From positions 152,397 to 216,396 of the forward strand of contig CAWJZV010000017.1 of NCBI GenBank assembly GCA_963847445.1: a DNA stretch of 64,000 bases, given 5' to 3'. Within the stretch, counting starts at the first letter, position 1, and every line of letters begins with the position of its first letter. The stretch comes from an uncultured delta proteobacterium. Lineage in GTDB: Bacteria; Desulfobacterota; Binatia; UBA9968. The notes beneath the pieces were generated by a model. That model was not told where the DNA came from and did not search any database. It was given only the letters and a program-made list of their open reading frames with translations. This document shows, piece by piece, positions 54,490-64,000 of this stretch. The translations under genes were made by a program, and so were the position numbers.

Positions 54490-56808
54490 CTAGTTCTTCG
54501 CCTCCGCCTTGCGGATCAATTCCCACAGCTTCGGCGCGGTGTAGGGCATGTCGACATGGTCGATGCCGAGCGGTTTGAGCGCGTCCATGAGCGCGTTGGC
54601 GACCGACGGCGGCGCGCCGTTGGTGCCGCATTCGCCGACGCCTTTGACGCCCAAGCGGATTGAACGGATTGGGTGTGATGGTTTCACCGAGGGTCATCGG
54701 CGGCATGTCGCCGGCGCGCATGATGGCGTAATTCATGAACGTGTCGGTTTGCACCTGGCCGTCGTCGCTGTAGAGCATCTGCTCGCGCAGGGCTTCGCCC
54801 AGACCTTGGGCGACGCCGCCGTGGATCTGTCCTTCGACGATCATCGGGTTGATGACCACGCCGCAGTCGTCGACCATGACCAGTTTTTCCAAGTTAAACT
54901 TGCCGGTGTCGCGGTCGACGCTGACCAGCGAGATGTGGGTGCCGAAGCCCCAGGCTTCGCGCTTGGGATCGAAGAAAGCGGTTTCTTGCAGGCCGATCTC
55001 CATGCCCTGCGGCACTCGGCCGCTGTAGGCGGCGGCGGCGATTTGGCGCCAGCTGACTTTTTTATCGGGCACACCTTTGACGGCGAAGCCGCCGTCGGCT
55101 TGGACGATGTCTTCCGGTGACGCTTCGACCAGATGGCGGCGATGCGTTTGCCTTTGTCGATGACGCGCTCGGCCGCGGTGGCCAGCGCGCCGCCGCCGAC
55201 CACGGCGCTGCGGCTGCCGAAGGTGCCGGTGCCTTGCTGGCTCACATGGGTGTCGCCGTGCAGCACGGTGACGTGATCCATGCTGGTCTGCATTAGACCG
55301 GCGGCGATCTGCGCCCAGGAGGTTTCATGGCCCTGGCCGTGGGAGCTCGACCCGGTGAGCACGGTGATCTCGCCGGTGCGTTCGACGCGCACGCGAGCCG
55401 CTCTCGAAACCGGCGCCGCCGCTCGGCTCGACGAAGGTGGAAAAGCCGACGCCGACCAATTCACCGTTGTTTGCGCCGGGCGTCGCGCTGGCGCAACAGC
55501 TCTTCGTAGTTGGACAGCTTGAGCGCTTCGCGCAGCGGCTTTTCGTAATCGCCGGAATCGTACTCGACGCCGGTGCCGGTGGTGTAGGGGAACTGATCGG
55601 GCTGAATGAAATTCTTGCGGCGGATTTCCAAGCGGTCCATGCCGAGGACGTCGGCGGCTTTGTCGAGCAGCCGCTCGATGTTCAACACCGACTCGGGCCG
55701 GCCGGCGCCGCGATAGGGGCCGGTGGGACAGGTGTTGGTGAACACGCTGACGATTTCGACGCGGCAGTCTTTGATCTGATAGCTGCCGCAGGCCATGCCC
55801 ATCATGCGCTGCGGCGGTCCGGCGGTGCTGGAGTGCAGATACGCGCCCAGGTTGGCGACGACTTTGACTTTCAAGCCGAGGATCTTGCCGTCTTTGCTGA
55901 GCGCCATCTCGGAGGTCATCGCTTGATCGCGCCCTTGGATGGTCGTCAAAAAATCTTCGCTGCGAGTGGCGATCCATTTGACCGGCTTGCGCAGCTTGAG
56001 CGCGGCATAGCAGGCGACGATGTCTTCGCGGTAGACCGGCCCCTTGCTGCCGAAGCCGCCGCCGACATCGGGGGCGATCAAATGAATTCGATGCTCGGGA
56101 AAACCGAACACGCCGGCGATCTCGGCGCGGGCGCGATGGGGTCCTTGAGTCGATAGCCAGACGGTTAAATTCTTGCCGAAGGGATCGGGACTTGACGACG
56201 ATGCCGCGCGGTTCCATCGCCAACGCCACCTGGCGCGGGCTGGCGATATGCATGGTGAAGACATGATCCGCCGCGGCGAAGGCTTTGTCGACGTCGCCGC
56301 CGTTTTTGGTCATCGTGTAGCAGACGTTGCTGTCGAGTTCCTGATGGGCGAGCGGCGCGCCGGGTTTGAGCGCATCCTCGGCATTGGACACGCCGGGCAG
56401 CGCATCGTATTCGACGACGATGGCATGGGCGGCGTCTTCTGCTTGCGCTCGCGTCTTGGCGGCCACGGCGGCAACCGGCACGCCGACGCAATGCACCGCG
56501 CCGCGGGCGAGCACTGGATGCGCGGGAATGATCATGTTCGGCAGCACCTGCGACGGCGCGAGATTGAGTTTGTCGCTGAGATCGTCGCCGGTAATGACCA
56601 GTTCGACGCCGGCCATGGATTTGGCTTTGCTGCTGTCGATGGAAATAATTTTCGCGTGCGGGTACGGGCTGCGCTGAAACGCGAGATAGAGCATGCCCGG
56701 CAATTGAATATCGTCGGTGTAGCAGCCCTTGCCGGTAATCAGCGGCGGATCTTCGACTCGCTTGGGCGAGGCGCCGATCAGTCCGCTGGTTGCGTGTTCG
56801 GTGGTCAT
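54490..56808 (-). CDS. Xanthine dehydrogenase family molybdopterin subunit (CoxL form II-like), frameshifted
   Basis: KRVED, DVGGGFGSKG, GPYRGAGRPE, HGQGHET, GQIHGGVAQG, KGVGE. Confidence 0.9.
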
Positions 56809-56919
56809 GGTGGTAACTCTCTCTGACTCCTCTCGCCTGGTATCGGATCGTGCTCGTGCACCGATTCAGGCTTTGCGCTCACCTTAGCCTCTTCCCAGAG
56901 CCAGAGGGATAAGTCTTAA

Positions 56920-57790
56920 TTATTTTGCCGCGCGTGCCACGGCGGCTTCGATCGCTTTGCGCGCGTATACCGTCGCGACATGGCGTTTGTACTCCGCGCC
57001 GGCGTAAGAATCTTCCATCGGGTCGGTTTCTTCGGCGGCTTTGGCTGCGGCGGCCGGCGATCATCTGTGTCGTCAACGGCTTACCTTGCAGTTCCAGTTC
57101 GGTTGCGATGGCCCGGATCGGACCGCTGCCCAAGCCGCCGATGGCGATCCGCGAGGCGGTGCAGGTGCCGGAGGCCTGTCGGGTGATCATCGCCGCCGCG
57201 CTGACGACCACGTAACCGGAGGCCGGGTGCGGCAGCTTGGCGTATGCGGTGCCGGTTCCAGCGGCCGGAATCGGCACGCGGATTTCGGTAAGAATTTCAT
57301 TGGCGTTTAACGCGGTGGTGTAAAAATCGGTGAAAAAATCGTCGACGCTAATGGTGCGTTTGCCGGTTGGCGACTGGGCGACGAAACTGGCGTTGAGCGC
57401 GGTCAGGACAACCGGTAAGTCTGCCGCCGGGTCGGCATGGGCAACGCTGCCGCCGATGGTGCCGCGGTTGCGCACCTGGACATCGCCGATCACCGCGGCG
57501 GCTTCGGCCAGGGCGGGAACATGCTTGCGCACGAGGTCGGATGAGGCGACATCGGCGTGCACCGTCAGCGCGCCGATCACCAGACTGTTGCCGTCAACGC
57601 TCACGCCGCGCAGGCCCGGCACGGTGCCCAGGTCGATCAAAGTTTGCGGCGATTGCAGCCGCAGCTTCATCGCTGGAATCAAGCTGTGACCGCCGGCCAG
57701 GAGTTTGCCATCCTCGCCATGCTTGGCCATCAGCTGCAAAGCTTCTTCCACCGAGCGGGCGGCGACATAGCCAAAATTAGCGGGAAACAT
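56920..57790 (-). CDS. CoxM/CutM-like FAD-binding subunit (frameshift near C-terminus)
   Basis: LAGGHSLIP, QVRNRGTIGGS, ADPAAD. Confidence 0.9.
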
Positions 57791-57861
57791 GGTCACCTCT
57801 TCGTGGTGCAAGGCAAAGTCGCAAGTAAAAAGGCAAAAATTGAGTTTCATCGTTCATTCGC

Positions 57862-58362
57862 TCAACCCTTCATTTTCGCGGCCGCCCAGCTGATCGACTC
57901 GACGATGTTGACGTAGCCGGTGCAGCGGCACAGGTTGCCTTCTAGGGCGTGCTTGATCTCGTCGTCGCTCGGATTGGGATTGGTTTCCAGCAAATGCACC
58001 GCGGTCATGATCATTCCCGGCGTGCAGTAGCCGCATTGCAAGCCGTGCTTCTCGCGGAAACCTTCCTGCACCGGGTGAAAGTTGTCGCCATCAGCCAAGC
58101 CTTCGATGGTCTTGACTTCGGCGCCGTTGGCTTGCACCGCCAGCACCGTGCAGGATTTCACCGCCCGGCCGTTCAGATGCACCGTGCAGGCGCCGCACTG
58201 GCTGGTGTCACAGCCGACATGGGTGCCGGTTAAATTAAGGTGCTCGCGTAAAAAATAAACCAGCAGCGTGCGCGGTTCGACCAAGGCATCATGCTTGACG
58301 CCGTTGACCGTAATGCTGACCGGGAGCGCTGCGAACTGAGCCTCAGCAGCCATGCTTGTCAT
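57862..58362 (-). CDS. CoxS/CutS-like (2Fe-2S)-binding subunit
   Basis: [28 protein letters not shown]. Confidence 0.93.
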   Translation of the reverse strand: MTSMAAEAQFAALPVSITVNGVKHDALVEPRTLLVYFLREHLNLTGTHVGCDTSQCGACTVHLNGRAVKSCTVLAVQANGAEVKTIEGLADGDNFHPVQEGFREKHGLQCGYCTPGMIMTAVHLLETNPNPSDDEIKHALEGNLCRCTGYVNIVESISWAAAKMKG

Positions 58363-58576
58363 TCCTCCGTTGGTATGTTGGTTGAACTGATTTCTAACCA
58401 GGCTCTGCATGCCGTGAAATTCAGTCTGGCCAGTCATATAACGAGATCGGCGCGGGCTCAAGAGAGGGCGGTGGCAATTCGAAAGTTAACTCCGCAGTGT
58501 AAGGTTTCCTCGGCTGCTGGCCGATTGTATAAGATTAGGGTTAATATACCGGCAATATTCCTCCAGGAGAAAATTA

Positions 58577-59554
58577 GTGAAACTCAAAATTATCGTGGTC
58601 CTGGTTTCGACCTTAATTTGTTTGTCGCTCACCGGATACGCCGCCGAGGCGCAAACGCCGCTCCAGAAGATCACTCTCAGCTATTCCAGCAGCGGCATGC
58701 CGACGGTGGACTGGCTGATCGCCAAGGAGCGGCAGTTTTTTCGCGAGGAAGGGCTGGAGCCTCTGTTCGTGCAAATGTCGGCGAACATGGCGGTGACCGC
58801 CGGCACCACCGGCGATTTGCATGGGCTGGGTTCCATCGGCAGCGCGATTCGCGCGATCCATCGCGGCGTGCCGCTGCGGGTGGTCTCGGTGAGTTTGCGC
58901 CGGCCAATTTTTTGGCTAGTAGTACGGCCCGAGTTTCGCACCGTTAAAGAACTCAAGGGCAAACTTTTGGGCACCGCGACGGTTGGCGGCAGCCAGCACA
59001 CCGCGGCGCGCAAGCTACTCAGCGCCGGCGGTCTCGATCCGGATAAGGACATCACGACCATCGCTGGAGGCGACGAGGCGCGTCATTTGCAGTCGCTAAT
59101 CACCAATACGATTCAAGTGGCGGCGGTGAGCCCGCCCTGGGTGTTTCTCGGCCGCGACAAATTCAAAATGAATGTGCTCGACTCGGCCATCGACAAATAC
59201 GCCAGCCTGCAAAACGGTCTGGCGGTGAATGTTAAATTGCTGCAGGAGCGGCCCGATCTGGTGAAAAAAATGCTTCGCGCCAAGAGCAAAGCGGCGCGCT
59301 TCATCGAGCAAAACGAGCGCGAGACCGCCGAAATGCTGGCGAAAATCTGGAATAGCGATGTCGCGATCGCGTTGGAATCGCTGCGTTCGACCAAGGCAGC
59401 GTTTACCGCCAGCGGCATTCCCACCGACGACGAGATTAAAGAGCACCTTGTGATGGACGCACAGATTCTCAAACTTGCCGAGCCCATCGCGCCGGCGAAG
59501 GTATTCGATTTCACGTTGCAGCGTGAAGTCAACAAAGATTTGGCTATTAAGTGA
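58577..59554 (+). CDS. SsuA/THI5-like substrate-binding protein
   Basis: Signal peptide; FFREEGLE, ELKGK, GLDPDKD. Confidence 0.9.
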   Translation: MKLKIIVVLVSTLICLSLTGYAAEAQTPLQKITLSYSSSGMPTVDWLIAKERQFFREEGLEPLFVQMSANMAVTAGTTGDLHGLGSIGSAIRAIHRGVPLRVVSVSLRRPIFWLVVRPEFRTVKELKGKLLGTATVGGSQHTAARKLLSAGGLDPDKDITTIAGGDEARHLQSLITNTIQVAAVSPPWVFLGRDKFKMNVLDSAIDKYASLQNGLAVNVKLLQERPDLVKKMLRAKSKAARFIEQNERETAEMLAKIWNSDVAIALESLRSTKAAFTASGIPTDDEIKEHLVMDAQILKLAEPIAPAKVFDFTLQREVNKDLAIK

Positions 59555-59585
59555 GCCGGTCTTAACCGGAATGGAGGAGCTGTCT

Positions 59586-60869
59586 ATGTTTCCCTGCTTT
59601 CTTCAACAAGACCAAATCAGCCGGGTGTGCCACACCCTAAACAACGACCGAGAGTTTTGCCGCGCCAGCCGCTTTTTCTCCAAGGACATTCTTTTGGCGG
59701 TTGACGACGCCCAGTGTATCGTCAAGCTGCGTGACGGTATCGTCACCCAAATTCAGCTCAATCCCACGTTCATGAATCCCTGGAGTTTTTTCATCAAGGG
59801 TTCGGCGGCGGCGTGGGAGAAGTTTTTACAGCGACAGCCACCGGCCTATTTTTCCGACCTGTCGGGGCTGATGGCGCGCCGGCATTTCGACGTCGGCGGC
59901 GACATCGAAGCGATGTTCGCACACTTTTGGGCCGTGAATCGCATGCTCGATATTTTTCGGGAGTGCCAAACCGGATCGACGATTCAGTCCGGCCCGGCGG
60001 CGAAATTCGATCGAGGGGGATGCGAGGCGATTGTCGGCAGATACCTCCACGTGGACATCTTTGGGGTTGAATACCGGGTTTATTTTGAAGAAAACGGCCA
60101 AGGCATTCCGCTGCTCTGCCAGCACACCGCGGCGTCCGATGGCCGGCAGTGGCGCCATCTCTTGAATGACGAGGAAATTACCCGGCGATTTCGTGTCATC
60201 GTTCCCGACATCCCCTACCACGGCAAGTCGTCGCCGCCGGAGAGCGTCGCGTGGTGGAAGCAGGAATATAAATTAACGCGGAGTTTTTTTGTCGAATGCC
60301 AAATCGCGATCAGCGGCGCGTTGCACTTGACACAACCCGTGTATGTCGGTTGCTCGATCGGAGGCCGGTTGGCGATAAATTTGGCGCTAGAGCATCCGGA
60401 TAAGTTCCGTGCCGTGGTCGGGCTTGAATCGGGCGCGAGCAAATACAGCATGGCTCGTTCGCTCGACTTCCACGATCACCCGCGTATCGGCAACGAGATG
60501 CGCATGGCGACCATGTACGGCAAGACCGCACCGGGCAATCCAGAAACCTACCGCCGCGAGGTTGCCTGGATCTACGGCCAAAGCTCGCCGTCGGTTTCCA
60601 AGGGCGATCTATACTACAACTTCATCGATCACGGGCTGACGGAGGAAAAGGCGGCACAAATCGACACCTCGAAGATTCCCGTCTACTTACTGACCGGTGA
60701 GTATGATTGGGGCAATTCGCCGATCGAAACCCGCGCGCTCGCACAGCACATCAAAGGATCGAAGTTTGTCGAGATGAAAGGGCTCGGGCACTTCCCGATG
60801 ACGGAGAACTACGAAGTGTTCCGAAGCTATCTGCTGCCGGTTTTGGACGAAATCGCAGCCAAGGGATGA
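59586..60869 (+). CDS. SCP2-like domain fused to alpha/beta hydrolase
   Basis: N-terminal ~125 aa SCP2-like pattern; CQHTA.SDGRQW, GCSIGG, TGEYD, GHFP. Confidence 0.8.
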   Translation: MFPCFLQQDQISRVCHTLNNDREFCRASRFFSKDILLAVDDAQCIVKLRDGIVTQIQLNPTFMNPWSFFIKGSAAAWEKFLQRQPPAYFSDLSGLMARRHFDVGGDIEAMFAHFWAVNRMLDIFRECQTGSTIQSGPAAKFDRGGCEAIVGRYLHVDIFGVEYRVYFEENGQGIPLLCQHTAASDGRQWRHLLNDEEITRRFRVIVPDIPYHGKSSPPESVAWWKQEYKLTRSFFVECQIAISGALHLTQPVYVGCSIGGRLAINLALEHPDKFRAVVGLESGASKYSMARSLDFHDHPRIGNEMRMATMYGKTAPGNPETYRREVAWIYGQSSPSVSKGDLYYNFIDHGLTEEKAAQIDTSKIPVYLLTGEYDWGNSPIETRALAQHIKGSKFVEMKGLGHFPMTENYEVFRSYLLPVLDEIAAKG

Positions 60870-60877
60870 TCTTAAGG

Positions 60878-61010
60878 CTCACCGTGCAAGGCACGAAGAT
60901 CACGAAGGTTTCGTAGGGCTGGTCCGCGAACTTCGGCCCGGTGTGGATTCGGAGAAAAGCCTTTGGCCGCAAAGAACGCACTGACGTAGGGGCGGGTTTT
61001 AAACCCGCTC
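60878..61010. repeat. Composite: CACGAAG left arm, GGCCGCAAAG arm and REP-like hairpin
   Basis: Same modules as at 27600 and 2297; right arms missing. Confidence 0.7.
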
Positions 61011-61012
61011 TG

Positions 61013-62299
61013 CTACTGCTTCTCGTTCGACTGCAGCGCGTCGAGGGCTTGTTGGACGAGCTTGCGGCGCAGATCTTTTTCATCCTTCAGCGGCAGCTTG
61101 GCGTCGCCAGTGACATGGACAATTCCAGTGCCTAAAACGACCCGGTTGGAGCCGACCATTTTGGCGATCGGCAGCGCGGAGGTGATTTGCACGACCGGGA
61201 TGCCGGCCTTTTCGAGTTCGGTGGTGATCGCAGCGCCGCTGCGAGTGCTGGTGCCTCAAGTTGACGTGAGGATCACCGCGTCGACGCCGTCGCGCTTGAT
61301 TTTTTCCACCATTTCCCGTCCCAGTCGGCGGGTGTTCGAGAGCGGATTGGATCGGCCGCAGGTGGAGAGAAACTCCTCGTGCAGTTTGCCGATGACGCCG
61401 CTCTTTTCCAGCTCGCGCAGGGCGTCGAGGGGCACCAAACGATCGGGATCGTCCTGGACGAAGCGGGTATCGTAGCCGCCGTGAGAGACTTCGTAGTCCT
61501 CGCTGCGTAAATCATCGCTGCCTTCGATGTTATAGGCGCCCCAACGGGTCGCCGCGGTGCCTTCGATCTTGTCGGGATTCCCCTTGGGCACCAGCCCGCC
61601 GTCGGTGATAACCATCAGCTTGGCTTTCGACATGTCTTTAATCCGCGCCGGCATCGGCACGGGCGCGAACGCGTTCGGCAGCATTTCGGAATCGAACTTT
61701 TCGCCGTTCATTTTGGCGATGAGCATATCGATCATGCGCGTGGCCGCGGTCTTGTCGCCGAGTTGGTCGCGCAGCAGGCCGCGGCTGATATAGCCTTCCT
61801 CGGCGCGGCAGCCCGATGGGTTGCTTGGCGACGAGTTTCTTGCCGAGCTTCGCCATGGTCGCGACGATATCGCGCATCTTGGCGATACTGATCCCCGAGT
61901 CGACGATATGAAGCTCCTCGCGGAAAAGATCGACACCGGGATTCTCCACATGCATCGCCGTGATCGCGGGAATCCCCAACTCGCGATTGTATGGCGCGTG
62001 CAGATTGCGCCGGCGGCCATGCCGTAACGGCCGGCGTCGAAGCAGGGACCGGCGGCGAAGAGATCCGCGCCGCTGGCGCGAATCTTCTCCAACACCGCCG
62101 CGGTGACCTGGTCTTGATGCTCGACGGCGTGATTGTCGCCGCAGACGATCGTCATGGTTACCGTCGCATCATCGCCCATGAGCTGTTCGAACAGCTTCGC
62201 CGGCCCCAATGCGCCGTCGCGAAATTCCAATGGCGCGCCGGCATGCTCTTCCGCGCCGATGCCGCCGAAAAATTGATTGACGTAGTAGACGATCTTCAT
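61013..62299 (-). CDS. grdB: Glycine/sarcosine/betaine reductase selenoprotein B family (Sec at TGA 61256-61258; internal compensating frameshifts)
   Basis: YVNQFFGG, CGDN, AGP.F.AGRYG, HGGYD, VILTST-TGA-GTSTRSG...ELEKAGIPVV...VGSNR continuing to TAG at 61013. Confidence 0.88.
61228..61244 (-). promoter_or_regulatory. Putative bacterial SECIS hairpin of the grdB-like gene
   Basis: UCGCAGC-GGC-GCUGCGA, starting 11 nt after the UGA. Confidence 0.7.
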
Positions 62300-62311
62300 G
62301 AGTAACTCCTC

Positions 62312-62378
62312 AGGCATAGGCATAGGCATAGGCTTGACTGTCGTGAATGGTTATGCTCGAAGCCTAATGCCAATGCCT
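62312..62378. repeat. AGGCAT x3 / ATGCC palindrome
   Basis: aggcataggcataggcataggc...gcctaatgccaatgcct between grdE-like and grdB-like genes. Confidence 0.6.
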
Positions 62379-62383
62379 TTGCT

Positions 62384-63661
62384 TCAATACACTAACGATC
62401 TCATTCGCGACGCGCCCTGCTGGTTGGTGACGCCGATGATGTTGTTGGCATCTATCGTCATGGGTCCGGCAAGCAGCGCGGCCAGCTCCGGTTTGGCGGC
62501 GATGACGCGGGCGGCTTTGGGGATTTCATATTCGGTGCCGTTGCCGCCGTTGTAGACGATGGCGTTGACTTCCGGGACGTTGAACAAGAGCGCCGACTCG
62601 ACGCGCCGGTCGCGCGCCACGTCGGAAACCATGACGGCGGTTTTGATGCCCATATGTTCCAACAAGCGCGCGGTCTCCGACAGGTCGGCGTGGGGCAAGC
62701 CGCCGCCGTACTTGGTCATCACGGCGCCGTCGGCGCGCAGGTTCCACTTGGCTAAATTCGCCGCGGCGTGGCATTGCCTTACGCGGTCGACGTTGTCGTT
62801 GCCGGCGACGGTGGCGACGGTGCCGACAAAGTTTATCTCGCGCGCTTGGTGGCGCCGGTAGAGATCGAGAACCACCGGATGATTTTGATAAAAATAGGTT
62901 TCCGTGCCGCCGAACCAGGAGTTGAGCGACGGCACCAATGCGCCGTCGAGCCATTCGTCGGGATGTAAAATTACCGGCAGCATGCCGTCGGTATTGGTTC
63001 CATAAATAATCGGCTCGTCGACCGCCGGTTTACGCTGGCGCGAAAAAATCTGCCCGATATAGACGACGCGGGACAACCCTTCGCGGCTTTTGTCTTCGGC
63101 GCCGATGGGCTCGAATGTCTGTGTGGACGCCGGTGCTTGCGCTAGCGCGGCGCGGGCCAGATGCACGGCGACTTTGACGCTGGCGACGCGGTAGGCTTTT
63201 AACACCGCCGAGCGCGGCAACCCTGGTTTTGTCTGCGGTATCACCAGGAGATGACAAAGTTTTGAATATGCGCTGCCGGCGGTGGCGCTGCCGCTCATCT
63301 CCAACACCCGTCCGGTGGCGCTGCGCGACGGGTCGGGGGACATCTCAGCTAAGACCGAAACCGCCGCGCCGGCGAGCACATGAGTCGTTCCCATGCCCGC
63401 GGTAGTCGGCGCGCCGATGATGCCGGGAAAGTCGCTGCCGCCGTCGGCTTTGGCGCGCGGCTCGACGACATCGAAGATCGGCCCGGCGCGGCAGCTCTCG
63501 CCGGGGCGGACGATGTCGAAAGCGACGTTATCGATGGCGGCATCTTCCAGTACCAAGCGGCGCAATTCCTCGCCATCGACCGTAAGCGCGCTGCCGTCGA
63601 GCGACAAGCGCGTGCCGAATTGAATGTCGGTGATTGGATGGACGGCAAGGGTGAGCTGCAT
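62384..63661 (-). CDS. Glycine/sarcosine/betaine reductase component B subunit (GrdE/GrdG/GrdI-like proprotein)
   Basis: RPGE...DVVEPR.K, G.THVL.G, LHPDEWLDGA, YQNHP, NFVG, ADGA...K.GGG. Confidence 0.85.
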   Translation of the reverse strand: MQLTLAVHPITDIQFGTRLSLDGSALTVDGEELRRLVLEDAAIDNVAFDIVRPGESCRAGPIFDVVEPRAKADGGSDFPGIIGAPTTAGMGTTHVLAGAAVSVLAEMSPDPSRSATGRVLEMSGSATAGSAYSKLCHLLVIPQTKPGLPRSAVLKAYRVASVKVAVHLARAALAQAPASTQTFEPIGAEDKSREGLSRVVYIGQIFSRQRKPAVDEPIIYGTNTDGMLPVILHPDEWLDGALVPSLNSWFGGTETYFYQNHPVVLDLYRRHQAREINFVGTVATVAGNDNVDRVRQCHAAANLAKWNLRADGAVMTKYGGGLPHADLSETARLLEHMGIKTAVMVSDVARDRRVESALLFNVPEVNAIVYNGGNGTEYEIPKAARVIAAKPELAALLAGPMTIDANNIIGVTNQQGASRMRSLVY

Positions 63662-63780
63662 GCGACGATCTCCCGATCACAACTGATAGATCAAACTTCG
63701 ATTCTAGGCAATCTATGTCCCGGCGCTTGCGCTTGTCAACTTGTGGCCGTGATTCACTGTGACTTCAGTGAATCGTCAAC

Positions 63781-63840
63781 GTAGGGTAGGCCCCTATGCC
63801 TACCCTCTCGGACGGGCGACCACAAGGGGGTCGCCCCTAC
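63781..63840. repeat. REP doublet (GTAG-hairpin...hairpin-CTAC)
   Basis: GTAGGGTAGGCCCCTATGCCTACCC and GGGCGACCACAAGGGGGTCGCCCCTAC in inverted orientation. Confidence 0.8.
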
Positions 63841-64000
63841 GGTAACGGCATGAGTCGATCGGGAATCGACAGCGTCGATCCTTCCTTGCGTAGCGTCGTG
63901 TACACATCGGTGAGTGATTTCGCCACTGAATAGAGTGGCGCCAACGGCCACACAATACATTCGAAACTGATCCACGAACTGGTTTATGGGCTTTCTTCGC
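63841..64000 (-). pseudogene. Possible C-terminal fragment of isocitrate lyase/PEP mutase family protein
   Basis: Manual frame FECIVWPLAPLYSVAKSLTDVYTTLRKEGSTLSIPDRLMP; in-frame stop upstream; ends at the REP. Confidence 0.4.

Noticed and set aside
54490-58362. True aerobic CO dehydrogenase
   Set aside because: AYxCSFR motif absent and no accessory cox genes
1244-62299. Mass pseudogenisation or programmed frameshifting in more than 25 genes
   Set aside because: Single-base indels at inconsistent sites in otherwise conserved genes fit long-read consensus error better; needs read polishing

Overview
GC-rich bacterial chromosomal segment dominated by transport and catabolism. It holds about 19 periplasmic solute-binding protein (SBP) genes or relics (mostly SsuA/THI5-NMT1 type) but only one complete ABC transporter. 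Also present are amidohydrolases, LLM monooxygenases, PuuE-like deacetylases, a hydantoinase/oxoprolinase B-A-B cluster, a CoxS-M-L-like molybdo-hydroxylase, RtcB, Pal and RlpA. The gene content resembles Candidatus Binatia-like deltaproteobacteria (inference only). More than 25 genes carry single-base frameshifts, most likely long-read consensus errors. No rRNA, tRNA, CRISPR array, transposase or recognisable transcription factor was seen. Best leads: (1) a class III adenylate cyclase whose N-terminal CxxC...CxxC motif has its last Cys replaced by an in-frame TGA followed by a 17-nt SECIS-like hairpin, i.e. a candidate selenocysteine-containing cyclase; (2) a GrdE/GrdB-like pair with in-frame TGA plus SECIS-like hairpin, an atypical U-x-x-S-x-x-S active site and no pyruvoyl-forming Cys motif; (3) nested non-coding palindromic elements that insert into each other without target-site duplication, ending in a GCGGC-N-GCCGCGCT hairpin joined to GT, one of which truncates a gene; (4) a DUF5678-like/aspartyl-protease two-gene module.
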